From an uncultured Phycisphaerales bacterium (GTDB lineage: Bacteria > Planctomycetota > Phycisphaerae > Tepidisphaerales > Tepidisphaeraceae): a stretch of DNA of 64,000 bases. The notes below the pieces were generated by a model. The model did no database searches. It had not been told where the DNA came from and was given only the letters and a program-made list of their open reading frames with translations. The translations under genes and the position numbers were made by a program. This document shows, piece after piece, positions 22,148-29,767 of this stretch. The stretch lies in the NCBI GenBank assembly GCA_963844715.1, contig CAWJPJ010000008.1:256001-320000 (forward strand), written 5' to 3'. The stretch's first letter is position 1. The number at the start of each line of letters is the position of its first letter.

Positions 22148-23085
22148 TCAGGGATGCAGCATTCGGGCGGCGCCGTGTGCCAATAATTGGTCGCAAACTT
22201 TCGCTACGATCTGGGCCTCGAAGTGGGGGGCTTCGGCGGAGGCGGAAATGATGGGGGGCTCGCCGTCGCGTTGGCCGACGACGGCGCGGACGCGGAAGGT
22301 GCGGCCGACGAACTCGGCGAGGGCGGCGATGGGGGAATGGCAATCGCCGTCGAGGATTCGGACGATGGTGCGTTCGAGGGTGGAGCAGAGGTGGGTTTGG
22401 CCGTCGTCGAGGGGAGCGAGGAGTTCGGCGGTTTTGGGGTCGTCCTGGCGGCATTGGAGGGCGAGGACGCCTTGCCCGGGGGCGGGGAGGATTTCCTCGG
22501 TGGGGATGGGGTGCATCCAGGGTTCGAGGAGGCCGGCGCGGCTCGATGCCGGCGAGGGCGAGGATTAGGGCATCGAATTCTCCGGCGAGGAGTTTTTTGA
22601 CGCGGGTGTCGATGTTGCCGCGGATGGGGAGGATATTGAGGTCGGGGCGGAGGGCGAGAAGCTGGCAGCGGCGGCGGAGACTGCCGGTGGCGACGCGAGC
22701 GCCGTGGGGGAGATCGCGCAGAGTTGTTGCCGTCTTGGAGATGAGGAGATCGCGCGGGTCGTGTCGGCGGGGGGTGGGGCGATGCGACAAGTTGGATTGG
22801 GCGACGAGGGGCATGGTCACGGGGACGTCTTTATAACTGTGGACGGCGAGGTCGATCTCTTTGGCAAGAAGGGCTTGCTCGAGTTCCTTGACGAAGAGGC
22901 CTTTTCCGCCGGCGTCGGCGAGGGAGATGTCGGGCAGTTGGTCGCCGGTGGTTTTGATGATGATGGTTTCGATTTTGAGATGGGGGTGAAGGGCTTGGAG
23001 ATCGGCGATGACGAGCGCGGCTTTGGGCGAGGGCGAGGGGGCTGCCGCGGGTTCCGAGCCGGAGTGTGACAGGCGCAGACATCAT
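22148..23085 (-). CDS. hemC: Hydroxymethylbilane synthase (several frameshifts)
   Basis: LGTRGSPLALAQ, GSLRRRCQL, IRGNIDTR, LPAPGQG, GDCHSPIA. Confidence 0.92.
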
Positions 23086-23102
23086 CGTTATCTTAGCCGC
23101 CG

Positions 23103-24029
23103 ATGGCGGGGCGTGTCTTTATTACCGGCGGGAGCGGATTTGTGGGGTCGGCCGTGGTCGGGGAGCTGGTCGGGCGCGGGTATGGGGTTAATGCGCTGGT
23201 GAACCGCAGGACGATAGCGGCGGGGGAAAATGTTCGGTTGATCCAGGCGAGCGTTTTTGACGGGGGGGCGCTGGATGAGGGGATGACGGATTGTCAGGCG
23301 GTGATTCATCTGGTGGGGATCATCATGGAGAAGCCTGGGGAGGGGATTACATTTCAGAAGATGCATGTGGAGGCGACGCGATGGGTTGTGGAGGCGGCCT
23401 GGCGGAAGGGGGTTCGGCGGTATGTGCATATGTCGGCGCTGGGGACGGGGGCGGAGGCGATATCGGATTATCACAAGACTAAATGGCGAGGCGGAGGAGC
23501 TTGTGCGGGGGAGCGGGTTGGATTGGACGATTCTCAGGCCGTCGGTGATTCATGGGGCGCGGGGCGAGTTTATGAAGATGGTGGCGGGGTGGGCGCAGGG
23601 GGACGAAGCGCGCCGTTTTTTTTCATGCCTTATTTTGGGAAGGGGTTGCTGGGGCGCGGGGGGGCGGGGTTGGTGCAGCCGGTGTATGTGGAGGATGTGG
23701 CGCGGGCGTTTGTGGATTGTTTGGAGAATCCTCGGACGAGCAAGAAGAGTTATGATTTGGTTGGGGCGGAGAGGATAACCTGGCCGGAGATGTATGGGAT
23801 TGCGGCGGAAAAGTTTGTGGGGAAGAAGAAGGCGGCAGTGGGGATTCCGGTTTGGTATGCGAAGTTGCTGACGAGGATTTTGCCGGGGGGGATGCTGCCG
23901 TTTAATCGGGATCAGGTGATTATGAGCGGGTTGGATAGTGTGGGGGATGGGGAGGGGTTTGAGAAGGATTTTGGGTGGAAGGGGCGGGGGTTTGCGGAGA
24001 CGTTGTCGGAATATTCTTATGGGATGTAA
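23103..24029 (+). CDS. NAD-dependent epimerase / NDUFA9-like SDR (internal frameshifts)
   Basis: VFITGGSGFVG, IHLVGII, HMSALG, YHKTK, WTILRPSVIHG (alternate frame), QPVYVEDVA. Confidence 0.88.
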   Translation: MAGRVFITGGSGFVGSAVVGELVGRGYGVNALVNRRTIAAGENVRLIQASVFDGGALDEGMTDCQAVIHLVGIIMEKPGEGITFQKMHVEATRWVVEAAWRKGVRRYVHMSALGTGAEAISDYHKTKWRGGGACAGERVGLDDSQAVGDSWGAGRVYEDGGGVGAGGRSAPFFFMPYFGKGLLGRGGAGLVQPVYVEDVARAFVDCLENPRTSKKSYDLVGAERITWPEMYGIAAEKFVGKKKAAVGIPVWYAKLLTRILPGGMLPFNRDQVIMSGLDSVGDGEGFEKDFGWKGRGFAETLSEYSYGM

Positions 24030-24053
24030 GGGCGAGAAGGATACAATACGGGA

Positions 24054-24266
24054 ATGGAACCGGCGATCACGGCAGATGCGAAGGTGATGCATGGGGCGCC
24101 GTGCTTTTCAGGCACGCGGGTGACGGTGCAGACACTTTTTGATTGGCTGGAGGAGGGGCATAGCATCGACTATTTCCTTGAACAATTTCCAAGCGTAGAA
24201 CGTTCGCAGGTCGTCGCGGTACTGGAATCGGCAAAGCGCCGCACAGTTGAGGAAGCGGCGCGGTGA
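24054..24266 (+). CDS. DUF433 antitoxin-like protein
   Basis: VMHGAPCFSGTRVTVQTLFDWL..FLEQFPSV. Confidence 0.9.
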   Translation: MEPAITADAKVMHGAPCFSGTRVTVQTLFDWLEEGHSIDYFLEQFPSVERSQVVAVLESAKRRTVEEAAR

Positions 24267-24304
24267 AGCTGCTGCTGGATGAGAATCTTCCTCCCAAGAT
24301 TTGA
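24263..24304 (+). pseudogene. Remnant of a DUF5615/PIN-like toxin
   Basis: GTGA overlap with the DUF433 stop; reads MKLLLDENLPPKI* and no continuation is evident. Confidence 0.7.
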
Positions 24305-24337
24305 ACGGCCGCTTTCGCCCGACTGAAGTCGCGCCGT

Positions 24338-24460
24338 TTATCTTCCGAACATTTTGGCGATGATAAAGATTAGAAACGCGCCGCCTAGCCCTCCGCCGAA
24401 GAGGAGGTAGAGGACGGCGTAGCCGATGGCGCCGACGGGGAGAATGACTGTGTGAATCAT
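24338..24460 (-). CDS. 40-aa small membrane protein (absent from ORF track)
   Basis: MIHTVILPVGAIGYAVLYLLFGGGLGGAFLIFIIAKMFGR; GGAGG RBS 8 nt upstream; C-ending codons like other minus-strand genes. Confidence 0.75.
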   Translation of the reverse strand: MIHTVILPVGAIGYAVLYLLFGGGLGGAFLIFIIAKMFGR

Positions 24461-24552
24461 ATATGTTGCCTCCAATGGTGAGCAGCTTCGCAGAAGAATG
24501 AGAATGAGGGGATCGGGGGAGGGATGGGTTTTGGGTGGGGGAAACCCTCATG

Positions 24553-24620
24553 ACTAGAAACTAGAAACTGGAAACTAGAAACTAGAATTCCGAGTCAAAC
24601 CTGAATGACCGAATGTCTGA
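24553..24620. repeat. CTAGAAA heptamer x5 plus GAATGAC element
   Basis: actagaa actagaa actggaa actagaa actagaa ttccgagtcaaacctgaatgaccgaatg. Confidence 0.85.
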
Positions 24621-24778
24621 GTAGTTCGCACTTCGTGATCAAGCGACGATCTTTTGCGATGGGGCGATGTTCTTTCTTCGAGCGCGGCCCCTCACCCTTG
24701 CCCATTCTGCGGAAACTGGCGGAGGCACGGGGGGAGGGGATAAGAGGTCGCGCGGGTTTTATTTTTGTCTGGGGACGA

Positions 24779-25501
24779 TCAGGCCAGGGCGGTGACGGCG
24801 GATTCTACTTGGGAGGCTATTGTGTTCCAGCCTTGGCGATTGTTGGGGGTTTCGGGGAAGGAGAGGGGTTGGCCTATGGTGAGTTGGATGGGGAGGGGGC
24901 GGGGCCAGCGGCGATTGGGGGGGAGGGATTCGAAGGTGCCGCGTAGGCGGCAGGGGAGGACGGGGATGGGGCTGGCGGCGAGAATCATGCCGAGGCCGGC
25001 TTTGAATTTGCCCATGGAGCCGTCGCGGGTGCGGGTGCCTTCGGGGAAAATGATAAAGACGCATTCTTCTTCGGCGAGGCGGGGCGCAGATCGGCGAGGG
25101 TGTGGGAGACGGGCGTCTTGCGCCGACATGGGGAGGGCGTTCATGAAGAGTGCGGACATGGCGGCGGTGACGTTGGTTTGGAAGAAGGTGTCGCCGGCGG
25201 CGATGGGGTAGGCGCTGGCGCGGAGACGCCAGGGGAGGGAGGAGGCCAGGACTAGGGCGTCGAGATGGCTGCTGTGATTGGCGGCGAGGACGAAGGAGCC
25301 GTGGGCGGGGATGTGCTGGCGGCCTTGGACTTTGAGACGGTGGAAGATTTTCAGGCTGGTGTGGACGAAGGACCAGTACCAGAAGTGGAGGAGCCAGGGG
25401 GCCAGGCCGGATTCTCGGTGGACGCTGCGGAGGCGCTTGGCGAGGGGGAGGCCCAGGTCGCGCGGCGGGTTGTAGTTTCCAGGGGTCCATGGGTGCGTCA
25501 T
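24779..25501 (-). CDS. Lysophospholipid (1-acyl-G3P) acyltransferase family
   Basis: ANHSSHLD and IFPEGTR motifs. Confidence 0.9.
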   Translation of the reverse strand: MTHPWTPGNYNPPRDLGLPLAKRLRSVHRESGLAPWLLHFWYWSFVHTSLKIFHRLKVQGRQHIPAHGSFVLAANHSSHLDALVLASSLPWRLRASAYPIAAGDTFFQTNVTAAMSALFMNALPMSAQDARLPHPRRSAPRLAEEECVFIIFPEGTRTRDGSMGKFKAGLGMILAASPIPVLPCRLRGTFESLPPNRRWPRPLPIQLTIGQPLSFPETPNNRQGWNTIASQVESAVTALA

Positions 25502-25604
25502 GTGAGGGGCAAATGATCGGGCAATTCGAATTTGTTTTCGATCATGCGCCCCGCGAGCGGGGCCGCTAAACAGGTAGATCTCGGGGTCCTCCGCGGAAGG
25601 ATTT

Positions 25605-26612
25605 TTAGAGCAGTCCGCTGAAGATTCTGTAGGGCTCGTTTAGGCCTACGCCTAGATGATACCCGACGTGGTGGAAAACGGCGGGTGAGACGAGGAGGAG
25701 GCTGTTGAATCGGTCGAGGACGCCGCCGTGGCCGGGGAGGGTGGCGGCCATGTCCTTGATGCCGATGTCGCGTTTGATGCTGGAGAGGAGGAGGTCGCCG
25801 AGTTGGCCGAGGATGCTGATCATGGCACCGAGGGTGAGGGCATCGCTCCAGGTTCCGATTTCGGTGCCGCGGAAGACGAGGCGTTCGAGGACGGCGGCCA
25901 GGAGGGTGGTGAGGATGAGGGCGCCGAGCGCGCCGCCTACGGTTTTGTTGGGGCTGGTGTTGGGGGCGAGCTTTCTGTAGCCGAAGGATTTTCCGCAGAT
26001 GAAGGCGAAGACATCGTTGAGTTCGACGCAGAGGACGATCCAGAAAATGATCTGGCGGAAGCGCGGGTCGTTGGCAAAGAAGCTGAGGTGTCCGAGGCAG
26101 ACGCCGAAGAGCATGAAGCCGAAGATTCCCAGGCCGACGCGCTGGATGTAGCCCTTGGGGTCGTCGCGGGCGATGGAGACGACGGCGATGGCGCCGACGG
26201 TGAGTGGGGCGAGGGCGGTGAAGAGGCCGTACCAATTGTCGAGGGCGGCGAAATTGACGAGGAGGATTCCCAAGACGACGACAAGACTGATGAGTCGTTC
26301 GCGGAAGAGGCCGGTGGCGCGGGCGAATTCGCGATAGCAGAGGAGGCTGAGGAGTGTGACGGCGAGATTGGCGGCGGCTGCGCCGAGGAGGACGGGGCCG
26401 ATGATGAGGGGGGCGAGAATGAGCCAGGAGACGTAACGTTCCCAGAGTTCGCGGTGGAGTTTTTCGTCGAGTTTTCCGGCGCGCTTGAGGAAGTGGAAGA
26501 CGACGGGAGTGGCGGCGAGGACGGCGGCGACGGCGATGGTGAGGCCGAGGACGAGGCGCGAGTCGAAGGCGTGCTGGTAGCCGAAGAGTCTTTGATGGGT
26601 TTGGGCGGTCAT
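25605..26612 (-). CDS. Phosphatidate cytidylyltransferase (YnbB/CdsA family)
   Basis: NDVFAFICGK, SPNKTVGG, GDLLLSSIKRDIGIKD, PGHGGVLDRFNS. Confidence 0.92.
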   Translation of the reverse strand: MTAQTHQRLFGYQHAFDSRLVLGLTIAVAAVLAATPVVFHFLKRAGKLDEKLHRELWERYVSWLILAPLIIGPVLLGAAAANLAVTLLSLLCYREFARATGLFRERLISLVVVLGILLVNFAALDNWYGLFTALAPLTVGAIAVVSIARDDPKGYIQRVGLGIFGFMLFGVCLGHLSFFANDPRFRQIIFWIVLCVELNDVFAFICGKSFGYRKLAPNTSPNKTVGGALGALILTTLLAAVLERLVFRGTEIGTWSDALTLGAMISILGQLGDLLLSSIKRDIGIKDMAATLPGHGGVLDRFNSLLLVSPAVFHHVGYHLGVGLNEPYRIFSGLL

Positions 26613-27313
26613 TGGGCTCCCCGGAGTTTTTTAGAGATGTGATGGAGGCGGCGGGCGCAGGTGATGGCGCTGCCGAGGATGATGATCCAGAGAGCGACTT
26701 CGACGGGTTTCCAGTGTTGCCAGGCGGCGGGGGTGAGGGCGATGAAGAGGCAGAGCATGGTGACGACGAACATACGCTGCTGCTTGGCCATGGGACCGGA
26801 GAAGTCAGTGCCGGCGTTGGCGGATTTTCCGAGGATGCGGATATAGGCGGTGAGGACGGCGAGGAGGGCGGCGAGCCAGCCTAGCCAGGGGATGGCGCCG
26901 GCGGCGTAGCCCAGGCCGATGAGGGTGGCGGGGTCGGAGATTCGGTCGGGGACTTCGTTATAGAGTTCGCCGACGGCGGAGGCGGTGTTAGAGTTGATGG
27001 CGACCATGCCGTCGAGGAGATTGGCGGTGAGGCGGAGTTGAACGCAGGCGGCGGCGAGGAGCCAGAGGGCGCGGGACCAGGGGAGCGGGGTGAATCGGGT
27101 GAGGGCGAGAAGTGAGCCGCCGAGGACTCCGGCGATGGCGCCGGCGACGGAGATCTGGTTGGCGGTGATCCCGCGGGCGGCGATTTTTGGGGCGAGGTTT
27201 TGGAAGAACGAGAGTTTTCTTGCGGCGATGGGTCGGCGGTCGGTGACCTGGTAGGTGGGGTCGGGCATGAGGTCCGCTGATGGCGGAGGCGCCGTCTTTG
27301 GAGCAACTAACAT
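26609..27313 (-). CDS. CDP-alcohol phosphatidyltransferase (YnbA-like)
   Basis: ANQIS, NLLDGMVA..GELYNEVPDRISD, GPMAKQQR. Confidence 0.9.
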   Translation of the reverse strand: MLVAPKTAPPPSADLMPDPTYQVTDRRPIAARKLSFFQNLAPKIAARGITANQISVAGAIAGVLGGSLLALTRFTPLPWSRALWLLAAACVQLRLTANLLDGMVAINSNTASAVGELYNEVPDRISDPATLIGLGYAAGAIPWLGWLAALLAVLTAYIRILGKSANAGTDFSGPMAKQQRMFVVTMLCLFIALTPAAWQHWKPVEVALWIIILGSAITCARRLHHISKKLRGAQ

Positions 27314-27355
27314 ATCGGGTGGGGGGCGGGTTGCAAATTGACGGCCTGGGGGGGC

Positions 27356-27428
27356 GGAAATCCGAAACTAGAAACCCGAAACTAGAAACCCGAAACCCGA
27401 AACAAGCCCGAATGCCCGAATGACTGAA
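27356..27428. repeat. Heptamer repeat element; 27384-27428 is the left copy of a 45-bp direct repeat
   Basis: agaaacccgaaacccgaaacaagcccgaatgcccgaatgactgaa. Confidence 0.88.
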
Positions 27429-27472
27429 ATGGCTATAATAGGCTTCGCGGTATCTTGAGACTGGAGTTTATC

Positions 27473-27910
27473 ATGATCGCTGAACGGGAGAAGTCGATGG
27501 GGCGGTTTTCGGTAGAAGTGGATTTGGCGAACCACAAGGACCTGATTCTTGCCGAGGCGGGCGTCATTCCACCGGATCGAATACGACGGGTGCGCGTGCG
27601 TGGGGTCGTCGATACCGGCGCAGCCCGACTTATCATTCCGGGGTCGGTCGCACAGCAGCTTGGGGTGGATAGTTCCGGCACTGCAATGGTTCGGTATGCG
27701 GACGGACCCACGGCCGATCGCTTAATCGTCAAAGACGTGCATCTGACATACGGGGGACGAGAGAGCGTCTTCAACGCGATTGTTGAGCCGGATCGGGATT
27801 CGATTTTGATTGGGGCGATTGTGCTGGAAGATTTGGATTTTCTGGTGGATTGCATCGGGCAGCGGTTGGTGCCGCGCGATCCTAAGCAGATTGTTTCGGA
27901 AGCAGAATGA
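27473..27910 (+). CDS. Clan AA (retropepsin-like) aspartic protease
   Basis: MGRFSVEV, VVDTGA catalytic motif, ADG, ILIGAIVLEDLDFLVD; GGAG RBS. Confidence 0.88.
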   Translation: MIAEREKSMGRFSVEVDLANHKDLILAEAGVIPPDRIRRVRVRGVVDTGAARLIIPGSVAQQLGVDSSGTAMVRYADGPTADRLIVKDVHLTYGGRESVFNAIVEPDRDSILIGAIVLEDLDFLVDCIGQRLVPRDPKQIVSEAE

Positions 27911-27913
27911 GGG

Positions 27914-28161
27914 GAAACCAGAAACCAGAAACCCGAAACCCGAATCAAGCCCGAATGCGCGAATGACTGAATGTTTAACTGGGGTGGCGGCCGGCGGGGT
28001 TCGGGACGCCGTGAATGACTAATGACGAATGATAAATGACGAATCAATGGTCGAATGATTGAATGACCGAAAGGGCCATTTCGTCATTTGGACCCGCCAC
28101 GGCGGATGCTGGCGCACATTCGGGTTTGATTGGGGATTCTGGTTTTGGGCTTCGGGTTTCC
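27914..28161. repeat. Right 45-bp direct repeat (27927-27971), GAATGAC array and inverted copy (28117-28161)
   Basis: agaaacccgaaacccgaatcaagcccgaatgcgcgaatgactgaa; inverted cattcgggtttgattggggattctggttttgggcttcgggtttcc. Confidence 0.85.
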
Positions 28162-28168
28162 GCCGCGG

Positions 28169-29282
28169 TTATTTGATCTGGACTTCTTTTCCGGCGGCGG
28201 CGGATCTGTAGACGCCGTCTAGAATTTTCTGCACGGCCAGGCCGGCTTCGCCGGGGGCGCGCAACGGTTTGTTGTACAGGCAGGCGTCTGCGAAGTTTCT
28301 TAGTTTTAGGTCGAAGAGATAGGCGAAGTCTGTGCGGGGGCCGATGTAGGCGGGGGATTCGTTGACCAGGTGGGCGGCGCGGTCGGTGAAGATTTGGGGC
28401 GGGTCCCATTGGCAGCCGCCTTTTTCGCCCATGGCGGTGTAGTTCCAGACGTCTTCCTTGATGTGAGCGGCGAAGGAGGCTTCGATTTGCATGATGGCGC
28501 CGGTGTCGAAGCGGATTTGGGCAATGGCGAGGTCTTCTACGGTGTAGGTTTTATAGTCCCAATTGGGCCACATGGAGGAGACGTTGCTTTTTTTGTTGCC
28601 GAGGTAAGTCCAGGTGTTGGCGCTGGCGGCGACGGGGTTGGGGGAGCCTAGAAGGTCGTGGGCCATTTCGATGACGTGGACGCCGATGTCGATCATGGGG
28701 CCGCCGCCTTGGAGTTTTTTTTGGCCGAAGACGCCCCAGTTGGGGATGCCGCGTCGGCGGAGGGCCTGGCATTTGACGAAGAGGATTTTTCCGAAGCGGC
28801 CTTCGTCGCGGGATTGTCGTAGATATTCTGAATTGGGGTGGAAGCGGTATTGGAAGCCTACGGCGAGTTTGCGTTTGGATTTTTTTGCGGCGGCGATCAT
28901 TTTTTCGCATTGAGCCGGGTTCATGGCCATGGGCTTTTCTACGATGACGTGGGCAGCCGGCGAGGAGGGAGTCGATCGTCGGCTCGACGTGCAAGGCGTT
29001 GGGGGTGCAGACGGCGACGGCGTCGGGGGCGTCTTGCTTGAGCATCTGCTGCCAGTGCTCGTGGAGATTTTGGATGCCGAATTTTTCTTTCATTACCTTC
29101 AAGCGGTCGGGGTTGGGGTCGACGGCGGCGATGGCTTCTACGTCGGGCATCGATTGGAGGGAGCGGAGGACGGTTTCGGAGATTCCGCCGCAGCCTATTA
29201 TTGCTATCCGCAGTTTTCTGCCCGAATGTTTTTGGGCTTTGGGGGAGGCGAGAGATTCTGTTGAGACACTTTTTTCGGGCAT
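28169..29282 (-). CDS. Gfo/Idh/MocA oxidoreductase (frameshift near 28955)
   Basis: IAIIGCGGI, VCTPNALH, GFQYRF, GGGPMIDIGVH. Confidence 0.9.
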
Positions 29283-29304
29283 TTTGGGCTCGGAGAAAAG
29301 AAAT

Positions 29305-29337
29305 TTTGCCACAGATGTAAATCAGATGGACACAGAT
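29305..29337. repeat. Left arm of a 33-bp inverted repeat flanking the GxxExxY gene
   Basis: tttgccacagatgtaaatcagatggacacagat. Confidence 0.92.
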
Positions 29338-29353
29338 GAAAATGCGAATTCAC

Positions 29354-29737
29354 TCATTTTTTGAAGCGTTTTACCTCTACTTTTCTTGCGAAATTGATCA
29401 GGAGGCATAGGGGCATGCCGGTTGCGGCGAGATAGTTGAGGCATTGGGCGGTGTGGGCATCGTCGAGGGTTCTTACTGCTTTCAATTCGACGAGGATTTT
29501 TCCCTCGACGATCAGGTCGGCCAGATAATCGCCTACTACGACGCCGTCATAAATGACGGTGATATTCTTTTGCTGTTCGACGCGCAGCCCGGCTTTTCGC
29601 AATTCATGCACCATGGCGTTCTCATATACCCGCTCGGCAAATCCGCAACCCAGGACGTTGGCAACTTTATAAGCACAACCAATGATCTTCTCGGTTATCT
29701 CATTCAAATCTTCATGGTTTGTATTATCTGTGTCCAT
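29354..29737 (-). CDS. GxxExxY protein (PD-(D/E)XK-like nuclease family)
   Basis: IIGCAYKVANVLGCGFAERVYENAM, ADLIVEGKILVELK, AQCLNYL, LLINF. Confidence 0.93.
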   Translation of the reverse strand: MDTDNTNHEDLNEITEKIIGCAYKVANVLGCGFAERVYENAMVHELRKAGLRVEQQKNITVIYDGVVVGDYLADLIVEGKILVELKAVRTLDDAHTAQCLNYLAATGMPLCLLINFARKVEVKRFKK

Positions 29738-29758
29738 CTGATTTATATCTGTGGCAAA
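29726..29758. repeat. Right arm of the 33-bp inverted repeat; contains the GxxExxY start codon
   Basis: atctgtgtccatctgatttatatctgtggcaaa; 32/33 match to the reverse complement of the left arm. Confidence 0.92.
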
Positions 29759-29767
29759 GAATACATT

